From Candidatus Latescibacterota bacterium (GTDB lineage: Bacteria; Latescibacterota; UBA2968; UBA8231), in assembly GCA_965203355.1 (NCBI GenBank), contig OZ241889.1:3776001-3840000 (forward strand): 64,000 bases of DNA, in the 5' to 3' direction. Shown here in pieces: positions 46,747 to 57,385 of the stretch. The position numbers and the translations under genes are program-made. Below the pieces are notes generated by a model. The model saw only the letters and a list, made by a program, of their open reading frames with translations, did no database searches and was not told the origin of the DNA. Numbering within the stretch: the first letter of the stretch is position 1; every line of letters starts with the position of its first letter.

Positions 46747-48899
46747 CCGCCCCCCTGAAACGCCTGCTCGCGGCCCGGCACCGCATCGCCTTTCACCTCT
46801 ACATGGGCATCGGCACGGCCGTAGTCCTCACCATGGTCGCGAGCTTGGTGGCCTGGTTTTCCTTCGATCAAGTCGGCGAGGCCCAAAGGCAAGTAACCGA
46901 GCGGGCGGTCCCGGAGATAGCCACCGCTTTTGCGGTCGCCCAGCAAAGCGGCACGCTTGCGGCCGCGGCCCCGCGCTTGGTAGCAGCCGAGACGCCGCAG
47001 GCATTTATCGCGGTCGCCGCCCAAGTCGCCTCCGAGCGGGACGACTTCAAGAGGCAGTTGACAGCCCTGACCGAGCAAGGGGCTGCCGAAGAGCACTTCG
47101 CCCGGATTCGCGCGCATGGCGACACCCTCATCGCCAACATCAACGCCATTGAGACTTCGGTGGCCAAGCGCTTTGACCTCAACACGCGCATCCGCGCCTT
47201 GCACAACAACCTAGGGGCCTTGCAAATCGAGCTGACCAACCTCTTGATTCCGGCCATTGACGACCAGCTATTCTACGCCATGACCGGCTACCGCACCCTC
47301 GGCGAACCCCCGGCCCCGCGCGCTCAGCACCTTTCAGAGGCTGAACTTTCTCACTATCGCGATCTGGCCGAGTTGCAGGAAGGGGCCACGACAGCCACCC
47401 GGCTGCTGGCCAATGCGTTCAACTTATCGGACTCGCGCCTGCTAGAGCCGCTACAAGAGCGTTTCGACTCCACCGTCAGCGGCATTGAGCGAAAACTCGC
47501 CGCACTCGGCGAAAGCCCCTTGCGCAGCGAACTCAGCCGCACCTTCTATCGTCTGTTCGACTTGGGGCGCGGAGACGGGAAAATTTTCGCCGTGCGCTCT
47601 TCAGAACTCCAGATCGTCGACCAACAACGAGCGCTGCTCGACCACAATCGCGACTTGTCCATTGAACTAGTCGTCGAGGTCGAGGGCCTAGTCAATGCGG
47701 CCCGCCAAAGCGCCCAGCAGGCCACGCAAACTTCCACCCAAGCCATCTTCACTGGCCGCAAGCTCCTGCTCGCTATTAACGCGATCGGCATCATCGGAGC
47801 CGTGCTGATTGCTTGGCTATTCGTCGGCCGGATGCTGCTGCGTCGCCTCGAATTCCTGTCGAACCGCATGCGGCGAATGGCAGAAGGCGACCTAGAGGCG
47901 AAAATCGAGATGCCCGGGCGCGACGAGGTCGCCGACATGGCCGCCGCCCTCGAAATTTTTCGCCACAACTCGTTGGAGGCCCAGCGGCTCAACTTGGTGG
48001 AAAAGCTCGCCGCGGATTTAGAAGAGAAAAATGCCACGCTCGAAAAGGTGCTCGAAGACCTGCGTCTGGCGCAGGGTCAGATCGTCATGCGCGAAAAATT
48101 GGCTGCACTCGGCGAACTGACCGCGGGCGTGGCGCACGAAATCCAGAATCCCTTGAACTTCATCAAGAACTTCTCGGAAGTCTCGGAGGAACTGTTAGAC
48201 GAATTGCAAGAGATACTAGCGGAAGAAGGCGTACAGATAAACGAAGAGCAGCGCACGCTAATCAACGAAATCGAGGGCGACTTAACCGCCAATCTCGGGC
48301 GCATCCGCCACCACGGCGACCGCGCCAACCGCATTGTGCGCGACATGCTACAGATGGGGCGCGGATCGGGCGAGGCACGGGCCACGGATATCAACAACCT
48401 GCTCGAAGAACACGCCCGTCTCGCTTTCCACAGCGCTCGAGCGACCCATGCAGATTTTCAGCTCGACATCAAAGAAGATTTAGACGAGGCAATGGGAGAA
48501 TTAGAAGTGGTCCCCCAGAATTTGGCCCGCGTCTTTCTGAACATGGTGAGCAATGCCTGCTACGCCACCAACGAAAAGCGACAAGCTCCAGAGACGGCAC
48601 CCGATTACGTCCCCACGCTCTGGATCAGCACCCAGCGAATGCCCGATCAAGTCACAATCCGCATTCGCGACAATGGCAACGGGATTCCACCGGATGTCGT
48701 CGATAAAATCTTTAACCCATTCTTTACGACGAAGCCGACGGATCAAGGAACCGGGCTCGGACTCGCGCTATCCAACGACATCGTGCGCGAACACGGGGGC
48801 ATCATAAAGGTCCACTCCGAGCCTGGCGAATTTACCGAGATGACCATCGAACTGCCCACCGAGCATTCGGCGTTAGCCGACTCAGACGCGACCGCTTAA
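46743..48899 (+). CDS. HAMP-domain sensor histidine kinase
   Basis: Large helical periplasmic domain, HAMP, AHEIQNPLNF, DNGNGI, GTGLGL. Confidence 0.92.
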   Translation: MTAPLKRLLAARHRIAFHLYMGIGTAVVLTMVASLVAWFSFDQVGEAQRQVTERAVPEIATAFAVAQQSGTLAAAAPRLVAAETPQAFIAVAAQVASERDDFKRQLTALTEQGAAEEHFARIRAHGDTLIANINAIETSVAKRFDLNTRIRALHNNLGALQIELTNLLIPAIDDQLFYAMTGYRTLGEPPAPRAQHLSEAELSHYRDLAELQEGATTATRLLANAFNLSDSRLLEPLQERFDSTVSGIERKLAALGESPLRSELSRTFYRLFDLGRGDGKIFAVRSSELQIVDQQRALLDHNRDLSIELVVEVEGLVNAARQSAQQATQTSTQAIFTGRKLLLAINAIGIIGAVLIAWLFVGRMLLRRLEFLSNRMRRMAEGDLEAKIEMPGRDEVADMAAALEIFRHNSLEAQRLNLVEKLAADLEEKNATLEKVLEDLRLAQGQIVMREKLAALGELTAGVAHEIQNPLNFIKNFSEVSEELLDELQEILAEEGVQINEEQRTLINEIEGDLTANLGRIRHHGDRANRIVRDMLQMGRGSGEARATDINNLLEEHARLAFHSARATHADFQLDIKEDLDEAMGELEVVPQNLARVFLNMVSNACYATNEKRQAPETAPDYVPTLWISTQRMPDQVTIRIRDNGNGIPPDVVDKIFNPFFTTKPTDQGTGLGLALSNDIVREHGGIIKVHSEPGEFTEMTIELPTEHSALADSDATA

Positions 48900-49229
48900 T
48901 TACGTCAGTGCGGCGAGTGCTTCTTCTTCAGAGGCGTGGATCGCAATGATCTTGTCAAAACCGCTAATTTCGAAAATTTCCCGTATCGGCTCCGAAAGCG
49001 AGCACAGCGCGAATTGAGCACTGCGCTGCTGGAGCGTTTTGGCGACGAGCAGGAAGGTCCGCAAACCCGCGCTGCTGATGTAGTTGATGGCCGTCAAATC
49101 GACGAGCACTGGGTTGTTTTTCTCGCCGATTGCCTTGCTTAGGGCTTCGTGGAAGTCGCGGGCATTGACTCCGTCGATGCGGCCTTCGGGCTTGGCGATT
49201 AATACGCCATCTTTCTGTTCGGTATTCAC
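48900..49229 (-). CDS. STAS anti-sigma-factor antagonist
   Basis: GRID, DLTAINYISSAGLR (phospho-Ser motif), FEISGF; GTG start after AGGA. Confidence 0.9.
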   Translation of the reverse strand: MNTEQKDGVLIAKPEGRIDGVNARDFHEALSKAIGEKNNPVLVDLTAINYISSAGLRTFLLVAKTLQQRSAQFALCSLSEPIREIFEISGFDKIIAIHASEEEALAALT

Positions 49230-49266
49230 TTGATTTCCTGCCTTTCTAAGATGGTATGCACCGTTT

Positions 49267-50640
49267 TTATCTGCTGTTCCGAACTTGATCAACGTCATCC
49301 TGATCGGGCATGAGTACAAACTCAGGATACGCTTCAATGCCGAGCTCGGCAGTATCCTGGCCGAGCTCTTCAACGCTCTGCGACACCCGCACCCCCATAA
49401 TCTTGCTCAGGGCCAACCACGCCAGCCACGAAGCCGCAAACGCGAACGCGCCCACCGCCAACACCCCGATGAGCTGGACGCCGAAGTCGCCACCGGCTGC
49501 AATGCAGACCGCCAAGGTCCCCCAGATGCCGGCGAACAAGTGGACCGGAATCGCACCTACTATGTCGTCTAGCTTGGCGACCTCCAAAAACTTCATTCCG
49601 CCGACGCACAACACGCTGCCCACGGCACCTATCAAAAGTGCCCAGTAGTGATCGACGATATCCGGCCCGGCCGTAATGGAGACCAGCCCGGCGAGCGCAC
49701 CGTTGAGAACGGCGAGCAGATCGATGCGCCCGAGGATGGGCCGCGATAGGAAGAGAGCCGCGATGACGCCGGCCGCCGCCGCAAGATTGGTATTCACGAG
49801 CACATGGCTCATGGCGACCGCGTCGATCGCGCCCGACAGCGCGAGTTGCGAGCCGCCGTTGAAACCGAACCACCCAAGCCACAAAATAAAAACGCCCAAG
49901 GTCACGGCTGGGACGTTGGACGGCGGCGTGGTCTTGACGCTGCCGTCGGCGCGAAATTTTCCGTAGCGCGCCCCGACGACGAGCGCCCCGGCGAGCGCGG
50001 CCCAACCGCCGGTCGAATGCACGATGGTAGAGCCGGCGAAATCCTTGAACCCCAGGGCACTCAGCCAGCCCCCGCCCCAAGTCCAAGCCCCGACGATGGG
50101 ATAGATGACTATCGTCAATACGGCTGTAAAAGCAAAAAACGCCCACAGCTTTACCCGCTCGGCCAGCGTTCCCGATACAATAGAAGCGGTTGTCGCGACA
50201 AAGACCATCTGAAAAAACCAATCCGACATGGTGGCTTTGCCGGCCTTTATTACGTTTGCGGCGGATGCCGCCTGGCCCGCCACCAGCTTGATTTCGTCGC
50301 CCGAAGGCCCGTATAAAAACTCGAGCGAGCCGATCCAGCCTTCTTGCACATTGACGTACATGAGATTGTAGCCAACCAAGTAGTACGTGACCCCAGCAAT
50401 CGAATAAAGCCCGATATTCTTGAGGCAGATCATGGAGGCGTTCTTAGTCCGCACGGACCCTGCTTCGAGCATGGTAAAGCCCGCGCACATCCACATTACG
50501 AGTGCGCCCCAGATGAGAAACGAGAAGGTGTTGAGAATGAATTGCAGTTCTTCGCCGCTCGCCGCATAGGCCCCGGTCGCCCCCATTAGGAGGCCACCGG
50601 CCGCGATAAATCCGCTCACCCGCAATACTTTCCGAATCAT
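49267..50640 (-). CDS. amtB: Ammonium transporter
   Basis: MCAGFTMLEAG, FQMVF, AER, DFAGSTIVH, WFGFNGGS, DD..GAIPVH (twin His present). Confidence 0.95.
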   Translation of the reverse strand: MIRKVLRVSGFIAAGGLLMGATGAYAASGEELQFILNTFSFLIWGALVMWMCAGFTMLEAGSVRTKNASMICLKNIGLYSIAGVTYYLVGYNLMYVNVQEGWIGSLEFLYGPSGDEIKLVAGQAASAANVIKAGKATMSDWFFQMVFVATTASIVSGTLAERVKLWAFFAFTAVLTIVIYPIVGAWTWGGGWLSALGFKDFAGSTIVHSTGGWAALAGALVVGARYGKFRADGSVKTTPPSNVPAVTLGVFILWLGWFGFNGGSQLALSGAIDAVAMSHVLVNTNLAAAAGVIAALFLSRPILGRIDLLAVLNGALAGLVSITAGPDIVDHYWALLIGAVGSVLCVGGMKFLEVAKLDDIVGAIPVHLFAGIWGTLAVCIAAGGDFGVQLIGVLAVGAFAFAASWLAWLALSKIMGVRVSQSVEELGQDTAELGIEAYPEFVLMPDQDDVDQVRNSR

Positions 50641-50668
50641 AATCGATCGCTCCTTTGAGCAGTTTTAT

Positions 50669-50697
50669 AGTATAGCCAATGGCCCATCCTCTTGCAA
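50669..50697 (-). promoter_or_regulatory. Putative sigma-70 promoter of amt
   Basis: Minus strand TTGCAA-N17-TATACT just upstream of an AAGGAG RBS. Confidence 0.6.
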
Positions 50698-50740
50698 TTT
50701 CTATCCATAATCAAACGACAAAATGCGCTCGGAATGTCAC

Positions 50741-51538
50741 CTACACTCGCCCGCTGAACTCGCGTCCCCTGATGAGCATAAAGCGAAATTCGCCGCGTGG
50801 TTTTTCGCACTCGGTCATCAGACGCTGCTCTTCGCTTGCAGCGCCGAGGTACAGGGTCTCTGAACGGAGATAGTGCAGGGCCAAACCGCGCCGCCGATTG
50901 GGCGTGGGATTGGCACCTGTGCGGTGGAAGTTAAGACCGTGGTGGAACAAGCAAGATCCGGCCGCCAATTCTACCGGCACCGGCTCGGGAATCAGGGGAC
51001 TTGCCAGGAAGCGAGCTTTGTGCGCTGGATTGATAGGCCCCCACTTGTGGCTGCCCGGCAGCACGGTCATGCAGCCGTTTTCCACGGTGGCGTCGTCGAG
51101 GGCGACCCAGCATGAGACGTGATCTTGCGGTGCAAACTGCGGCCACGCCACGGAATCTTGGTGCCAGTCGGTGACCGTGCCGTAATAGCGCGCTTTCATC
51201 ATCAACTGGTCGCAGTAGAGTTTGATGTTGGGGCCGAGCAAATCCTCAATGACATCGACGATTTCCGCCTTGCGGGCCACGGCCTCAAAAAGCGGATCGA
51301 AATAGCACAGATGCGTCATTTTGCGCACCTGATCGAGGCGATCGACCGCAGCGTCCTCTTCCGCGCGGAAGGCGGCTTCCAACTGGACGTAGCGCGGTGG
51401 CACGTGATCGGCGTGGCCCTCGGCGATCTGCTCGCTGCGCTGGCGCAGAGCGGCTAGTTCATCGTCGGAGAGAATCCGGCGATAAGGCAGATAGCCCTGT
51501 TCCTCAAAGTGGGTTTTTTGCGCTTCCGTCAAGGCCAT
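50741..51538 (-). CDS. Phytanoyl-CoA dioxygenase (PhyH) family Fe/2OG enzyme
   Basis: WHQD, WVALDDATVENGC..PGSH, distal His FHRT. Confidence 0.9.
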   Translation of the reverse strand: MALTEAQKTHFEEQGYLPYRRILSDDELAALRQRSEQIAEGHADHVPPRYVQLEAAFRAEEDAAVDRLDQVRKMTHLCYFDPLFEAVARKAEIVDVIEDLLGPNIKLYCDQLMMKARYYGTVTDWHQDSVAWPQFAPQDHVSCWVALDDATVENGCMTVLPGSHKWGPINPAHKARFLASPLIPEPVPVELAAGSCLFHHGLNFHRTGANPTPNRRRGLALHYLRSETLYLGAASEEQRLMTECEKPRGEFRFMLIRGREFSGRV

Positions 51539-52221
51539 GAGACAGCCATATCAGCGCGGATTTCCCGAATCCAATCGACGCTCTGGCGCACCTTGGCCGC
51601 CAAACCATCCCAATCCCGGGCGGCGACGAGTTCCTTGGTAATCAGCTTGGAGCCCGCGCCGACGGCTGCAACGCCAGCCTTGAACCACGCTTCTAAGCTC
51701 TCGCGGGTGGCATCAACGCCGCCGGTGGGCATAATCCGAGTCCAAGGACAAGGCCCGAGCACGGATTGGACGAAGGCCGGGCCGCCAACCTCGCGGCCCG
51801 GGAACACCTTGACAATCTCGACGCCTAGCTCCTCGGCTTGGCCGATCTCGCTGACCGAGCCGCAGCCGGGCGAATAGGCAATTTTGCGGCGATTGCACAG
51901 CCGGGCGACCTCCTCGTTGAGCAAAGGGCCGACGACGAAGTTCGCGCCATTGGCAATATAGAGGGCCGCGGTAGGCGCGTCGCAGATCGAGCCGACGCCC
52001 ATGATGATGTCGATTTTCTCGGCCATCACGTGGCGCACGGTCTCGGCGAAGACGCGATAGGCCAAATCGCCGCGATTGGTAAATTCAGCGCAGCGAGCCC
52101 CCCCTCGGGCACAGGCTTCGACGATGTGGATGGTGGTTGCCGGGTCTTCGTTGTAAAAGACCGGGACGATCCCGGTGTCGTAGATGGCGTTGAGAACGGC
52201 CATCCGGTCGTACTGGGCCAT
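51529..52221 (-). CDS. eda: KDPG/KHG aldolase
   Basis: EFTNR, GVGSI, KVFPG, MPTGGV. Confidence 0.9.
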   Translation of the reverse strand: MAQYDRMAVLNAIYDTGIVPVFYNEDPATTIHIVEACARGGARCAEFTNRGDLAYRVFAETVRHVMAEKIDIIMGVGSICDAPTAALYIANGANFVVGPLLNEEVARLCNRRKIAYSPGCGSVSEIGQAEELGVEIVKVFPGREVGGPAFVQSVLGPCPWTRIMPTGGVDATRESLEAWFKAGVAAVGAGSKLITKELVAARDWDGLAAKVRQSVDWIREIRADMAVSWP

Positions 52222-52249
52222 TGTGTCTCCTTATGGGCGGAATGGGTGA

Positions 52250-53011
52250 TTATCGAGCAGCCGGGGCAAAGGGCACGTGCTGCTCGGGAAAGTTGCCATA
52301 GCGGTCCGCGCCGCGCACCAAGACTGCCGGATACTTGTTGCCCAGCGAGTTGAGCTCGATCTGCGCAACGTGCGGGGCCACGTAGCGCAGCGTCAGCCCG
52401 CAGCGGCGGCGCTCGGAGGTATTGGGATTGCTGGCGTGGAATACCTGACCGTCGTGAATGGATATCTGGCCCGGCGCGAGCACTAAATCGACGGCTTGGA
52501 TGTCATCGACGAGTTCGTCGGGAATCTCCTGATTGATGCTGAGCAGGTTGCCGACTCTGGCCGATTCGCCGTGCGTGGCAAGGCCGTTTTTGTGCGAGCC
52601 GGGGATGACCCGCATACAACCGTTCTCCACATCGCTGGCATCCACGGCCACCCAAGCGGTGTGGGCTTCGGGCGGCTGCAAGCCCCAATAGGTAACGTCT
52701 TGATGCCAAGCCACAAAGTGCTTGGCCTCTGGATCGGGGTATTTGCAGAAAAAGTGCGTCGAGAGCAGCATAATGTCTCCGCCCATGACCTCCTGCATGG
52801 CGTCGAGAATGCGCGGGTCCGTGGCCATTTGCCAGATGAACTCTTCGTCGAGATGGCGGGCTTGCAGGCCGATCTGGCACGTTGAGCGGCCCTCGCGGCC
52901 CTCCAATTCGTCGAAGCAGGAGCGGAAGTAATCGATCTCGCTAGGGCTGAACAGGTCAAGGCCCGTGAGAAAGCCTTGCTCGGCATAGGTCTGGGCGGCG
53001 TCTTGGGTCAT
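52250..53011 (-). CDS. PhyH family Fe/2OG dioxygenase
   Basis: WHQDVTYWGL, ENGCMRVIPGSH, HASNPN..RR. Confidence 0.9.
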   Translation of the reverse strand: MTQDAAQTYAEQGFLTGLDLFSPSEIDYFRSCFDELEGREGRSTCQIGLQARHLDEEFIWQMATDPRILDAMQEVMGGDIMLLSTHFFCKYPDPEAKHFVAWHQDVTYWGLQPPEAHTAWVAVDASDVENGCMRVIPGSHKNGLATHGESARVGNLLSINQEIPDELVDDIQAVDLVLAPGQISIHDGQVFHASNPNTSERRRCGLTLRYVAPHVAQIELNSLGNKYPAVLVRGADRYGNFPEQHVPFAPAAR

Positions 53012-53116
53012 GGCGACTCCGTTTTTGTAGGGCTGCGGCTTCGTGTATATATTGCACAAATCCCCCGCGCGCAACAAGGCTCGGTTCGCCGCGTCAACAC
53101 CTGGAGGAAGGCCGCA

Positions 53117-54349
53117 ATGGGCCGTGTGCAGATCAACGAGGAACTGCTATCGGACAGCACCTATTTTGCCCCAGCAAGTCGGCGGGCAGCACTAACGGAA
53201 ATGTTTGAATTCCGCGACCGACGAGTCGCGTTTGGGGCGGGTGCCCTGTCGCAGCTAGCCGCCGAGTGCGTCCGCCTTGGCGCGGGCCGAGTGCTACTAA
53301 TCCACGACCCGGGCCTTGCCCCACTCGCCGATGTAGTCCGCCAAGCCCTCAACGGCTTAGACGTGGTGGGCACGTACCGCGAGATCGCGCCCAACCCCTC
53401 GGTGCAAAGCGTCAATGCCTGCGCCCACACCTTGGCAACCGCGGATTTCGACGTGGCTGTCGCCTTGGGCGGCGGCAGCACCATGGACACGGCCAAGGCC
53501 GCGCTCTGCACCGCGGCCAATGGCGGCTCGGTGGCCGATTACTTTGGCTTCGACCTGTACGAAAAACCACCGCTAGCCCCGCTCGTCGGCATCCCAACCA
53601 CGGCCGGCACGGGCAGCGAGGTCAGCCGGGTGGCCGTGATTGCCGACGCAACGGGCAAGCAGGCCGTGTACAGCCGCTATTTACAGCCCAAGGCCGCGCT
53701 GGTGGACCCGCGTTTGCACCGAGACTTGCCACCACTATTGACCGCGATCACCGGCTTGGACGCCCTCGGGCACGCCCTCGAATGCACGGCTTCCACCAAG
53801 AGCAATGCCATCGGCGACGCCGTGGCGCGAGCAGCCCTGACCGCCGGGTGCCCGGCATACGTACAAGCCGTAGTCCGCGGCGATCCAGACGCCCGCCATC
53901 AAATGGCGCGTTGTGCCCTACTCGCGGGGCTGCTGTTGAGTCCCATCAACACCGGGGCTGGCCACGCACTCGGCTACGGGATCGAAAAGATCGCCTTTGA
54001 GCGCGGCGCACCCGTGCCGCACGGCGCGGCCGTGGCTCTCGTCTTGCCCGGCGTGATGCGGCACAACGCCCCAGCCGTGGCCGACAAATACTACTTTGCC
54101 GCTGGGGTGGCCGGGCTGGCACTGGGCGGCAAGAGCCGCGAGGCGGGCGTCGAACTGGCCGCGCAATGGATCGACGGATTGCGGCGGCAGTACACCCCCT
54201 ACGGCTCGCTGAGCGCGGCTGGGATAACCGCCGCCGACATTCCGCAAATGGTCGAAAGTGCCCTGAGCGTCCAGCGCCTGCTCGAGCCCAATCCAGTCGC
54301 CGTGGAAGCAGCCGACGCCGTCCGCATCTATCAGAACGCACTCAACTAA
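53117..54349 (+). CDS. Iron-containing alcohol dehydrogenase
   Basis: GGGSTMD, PTTAGTGSE, DALGHALE, GH...HG metal ligands. Confidence 0.9.
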   Translation: MGRVQINEELLSDSTYFAPASRRAALTEMFEFRDRRVAFGAGALSQLAAECVRLGAGRVLLIHDPGLAPLADVVRQALNGLDVVGTYREIAPNPSVQSVNACAHTLATADFDVAVALGGGSTMDTAKAALCTAANGGSVADYFGFDLYEKPPLAPLVGIPTTAGTGSEVSRVAVIADATGKQAVYSRYLQPKAALVDPRLHRDLPPLLTAITGLDALGHALECTASTKSNAIGDAVARAALTAGCPAYVQAVVRGDPDARHQMARCALLAGLLLSPINTGAGHALGYGIEKIAFERGAPVPHGAAVALVLPGVMRHNAPAVADKYYFAAGVAGLALGGKSREAGVELAAQWIDGLRRQYTPYGSLSAAGITAADIPQMVESALSVQRLLEPNPVAVEAADAVRIYQNALN

Positions 54350-54365
54350 AGTGAAAGGAACCGCG

Positions 54366-54839
54366 ATGGCGTTTGATCCCCAGCTTCAGCGGCAAATTAT
54401 GGGCCGCTTTGCCACCGGCGTCACCGTGGTGACCGCCGCCTGCGACGGCCAGCTTTGGGGCATGACGGCCAACGCAGTCATGTCGCTGTCGCTGTCGCCG
54501 CCGCTGGTGGTGGTCTCAGTTGACAAAAGCGCGTCCATGCACGGCCTGTTGCAAAAAGCCGAGGGCTTTGCCATCAACATCCTAAAGCGCGAGCAGGAGG
54601 CTCTTTCCGTGCGCTTTGCCCAGCGCGGCCCCAAGAACTTTGCGGATCTGGCGACCAAAGTGGCCCAGACCGGGGCGCCGATTCTGGCCGACGCCTTGGC
54701 CTATGTGGACTGCAGGCTAGTGGACATCGCGGCCGCGGGCGACCACGACATGTTCATCGGCGAATGCCTGGCCGGCGAGGCGAGCAGCGGGACGCCGCTG
54801 ATCTTTTTCGGCGGGCAATACGCCGAGTTGACCGATTAA
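54366..54839 (+). CDS. Flavin reductase family protein
   Basis: FATGVTVVT, GMTAN, SLSPPL, GDH. Confidence 0.9.
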   Translation: MAFDPQLQRQIMGRFATGVTVVTAACDGQLWGMTANAVMSLSLSPPLVVVSVDKSASMHGLLQKAEGFAINILKREQEALSVRFAQRGPKNFADLATKVAQTGAPILADALAYVDCRLVDIAAAGDHDMFIGECLAGEASSGTPLIFFGGQYAELTD

Positions 54840-54866
54840 ACCAACCCCGGAGAAAGGAATGCTAGG

Positions 54867-55280
54867 ATGCACAAAAAAATCACCAAAAGCGACGCCGAGT
54901 GGCGGCGAGAACTCACCGAAGAGCAGTACTACGTAACGCGGCAGAAGGGCACCGAGCGCGCCTTTACCGGCGAACTCTGCGACAACAAAGAGCCGGGCGT
55001 CTATCGCTGCGTCTGCTGCGGCAGCGAGCTGTTCAGTTCGGCAGCCAAGTACGATTCGCGGTCTGGTTGGCCCAGTTTCTGGCAGCCCATCGCCGCCGGC
55101 AAGGTCGCCGAAAAGCGCGACATCAGCCACGGCATGATGCGCACCGAGGTGCTGTGCAGCCAGTGTGACGCCCATCTCGGCCACGTCTTCCCCGACGGCC
55201 CCCAGCCGACCGGCCGACGCTACTGCATGAACTCAGCGGCACTTAAATTTGAGCGCGAACAGAAAGGTGAGAACTCTTGA
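54867..55280 (+). CDS. msrB: Peptide-methionine (R)-S-oxide reductase
   Basis: [30 protein letters not shown], two CxxC Zn pairs. Confidence 0.96.
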   Translation: MHKKITKSDAEWRRELTEEQYYVTRQKGTERAFTGELCDNKEPGVYRCVCCGSELFSSAAKYDSRSGWPSFWQPIAAGKVAEKRDISHGMMRTEVLCSQCDAHLGHVFPDGPQPTGRRYCMNSAALKFEREQKGENS

Positions 55281-56083
55281 ACGATGAGCAGTACTTGCGG
55301 ATTGTGCTCAAACGCATTCGAGTATCCGCAAAATACAGGCCAAAATTCGGGCGTGGAAGCCAAGATAAGGGCCTGTCATTGGACGAGTTCCAAGTGCTTT
55401 ATGGCAGCGATCCCTTCTATTCCTGGTTCGGCCTCGACAATCCATTGATGTACGCCGCACATAAGGCTGCGGGCGGTATGACAAGCATTTACAGGCAGAT
55501 CGGGATCGGATGCGAAGAATTAGTTCGCACCATCTTGCAGGATTGCCTAGGGCTTTCTGTAGAAGACGCGAACTGGTCCTATGAACTCCCAACATCTGGT
55601 GGCAAAACGAGGAAGCTCCACCTCGACGGAAGGGTGATTTTGGATAAGATCGGGGATGAAGACTCTCGTGGGCGTTTCCACCAATGGATGAAGGATTCGG
55701 CAAACCTTGTAAACGTGGATTCTGACGTATCTGCAACCTTGAAGGGCACTGTCTTCGAGATTCGCCAAGGTTACAAAAGTAAGGACTCCAAGAGACAGAA
55801 CGCCGATATAGTCAACGCTACCAACGCTTATGTACAAGCCTATTTGCCTTGCGCCTTAGTTTTGTCCACGCAGATTGACTCGGATATCCTGTTGCGATAC
55901 AGGGATCGAAAGTGGGCCATCCTCACTGGTGTAATCGGGACATCGGACCCCTTATCATCAACCTACGATTTTCTACAAGAGGTCGTCGGTTATGACTTGG
56001 CGGGATTTTTCAGCCGGAACCAAGATACTCTGAAAAGCGAAATCGACTCGATGCTGGGCAAACTGCTAGAGCCATCGCCATGA
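55277..56083 (+). CDS. Putative type II restriction endonuclease
   Basis: LDG...FEIR resembles a PD-(D/E)XK catalytic core; coupled to a methyltransferase gene; lower GC. Confidence 0.65.
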   Translation: MNDEQYLRIVLKRIRVSAKYRPKFGRGSQDKGLSLDEFQVLYGSDPFYSWFGLDNPLMYAAHKAAGGMTSIYRQIGIGCEELVRTILQDCLGLSVEDANWSYELPTSGGKTRKLHLDGRVILDKIGDEDSRGRFHQWMKDSANLVNVDSDVSATLKGTVFEIRQGYKSKDSKRQNADIVNATNAYVQAYLPCALVLSTQIDSDILLRYRDRKWAILTGVIGTSDPLSSTYDFLQEVVGYDLAGFFSRNQDTLKSEIDSMLGKLLEPSP

Positions 56084-57321
56084 ACGAGAAACTGCGACGC
56101 TCACTCACACAAAGGGTAGATTACACCTACAAGCACAACGCCGAATCCGGGCGGCATGGTTGGCTGCGTCTGACTCCTGCTTACTCGCTCAAAATTGTCG
56201 ACGAAATTCTGCTAGCGTACGAAGGCATCGCCAAAACCAATGTTTTCGATCCTTTTTGCGGGACCGGGACGACCGCTCTCTGTGCGGCGTATCACGGCTA
56301 CTCCACAGTCACTGTGGAAATCAATCCCTTTTTGGTCTGGTTCAGTCGCACCAAGACCGGCACTTATTCTACACAGGTGATCTCCGAACTGACTCAGGCC
56401 GGCCATGCGGTGGCTGACGACATTTGCCATGGCAGGACACCAAGCGCGTCAATACCGCGTATGCACAACATTGAACGATGGTGGAACGCCACCTCACTCG
56501 ATTTCCTTTGCGCCCTAAAAGGTGCCATAGATACCAGATTTACCAAACAGACCGAGCAACATTCTTTGCTTTTGATCGCGTTCTGTCGGACCTTGATCCA
56601 TCTTTCCAATGCCGCCTTTAACCACCAGTCCATGTCCTTTAAGTTGGGCGTTCAGGCGACCTTTGATTTCGATGTCGATTTGTGCGGAGTTTTTATTAAA
56701 AATCTGAACTTTGTTCTGGGAGGAGCGAGGGAAAATCCGGCGGGTCGAGTACGCGTCCACCTCGCCGACTCTCGCCAGCTTGAAAAAAAAGAGGTCGCCT
56801 CAGTCGATTGCGTCATTACTTCGCCTCCGTACGCTAACCGGATGTCGTATATCCGCGAACTTCGTCCATACATGTACTGGCTCGGCTATCTCGTGAATGG
56901 CCGAGATGCCGGAGAAATGGATTGGGAAGCTATTGGAGGCACTTGGGGGATTGCTACCAGCAGACTAGGAAAGTGGACGGCTCCATCGCACGGGTTCCAA
57001 TCTGAACTTCTGAGCGATGCAGTGGAAAAAATCAGAAAAGCAGAAAACAAGAATGGTCAACTTTTGGCAAACTACGTGTCGAAGTACTTCTGCGATATGT
57101 GGAGCCACTTTCAATCGCTGATCGGCGTACTCAACAATGGGGCGAAAATTCACTACATTGTCGGCAATTCAACGTTCTATGGAGTCTTAGTCCCGGTCGA
57201 GCAAATCTATGCGGAGATGTTGTCCCAACTCGGGTTCTCCAAGGTGGAGTGCGTTCCCATCAGAAAGCGCAATTCCAAGAAGGAGTTGATCGAGTTCGAC
57301 GTAAGGGCTCGTTGGAAGTAA
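56080..57321 (+). CDS. Site-specific DNA methyltransferase, probably N4-cytosine (alpha motif order)
   Basis: Motif I DPFCGTGTT near the N-terminus, motif IV TSPPY downstream. Confidence 0.87.
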   Translation: MNEKLRRSLTQRVDYTYKHNAESGRHGWLRLTPAYSLKIVDEILLAYEGIAKTNVFDPFCGTGTTALCAAYHGYSTVTVEINPFLVWFSRTKTGTYSTQVISELTQAGHAVADDICHGRTPSASIPRMHNIERWWNATSLDFLCALKGAIDTRFTKQTEQHSLLLIAFCRTLIHLSNAAFNHQSMSFKLGVQATFDFDVDLCGVFIKNLNFVLGGARENPAGRVRVHLADSRQLEKKEVASVDCVITSPPYANRMSYIRELRPYMYWLGYLVNGRDAGEMDWEAIGGTWGIATSRLGKWTAPSHGFQSELLSDAVEKIRKAENKNGQLLANYVSKYFCDMWSHFQSLIGVLNNGAKIHYIVGNSTFYGVLVPVEQIYAEMLSQLGFSKVECVPIRKRNSKKELIEFDVRARWK

Positions 57322-57385
57322 TCCGCTTTTTTCGCAAGTCCTCGCCCAATCCCCATGCTCGCTCCAGACGCCTTTCCGCACAGGA

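Noticed and set aside
50680-50696. TGGC...TTGCA as a sigma-54 promoter for amt
   Set aside because: Spacing is off by one and it faces the wrong way; a sigma-70 match on the minus strand fits better.
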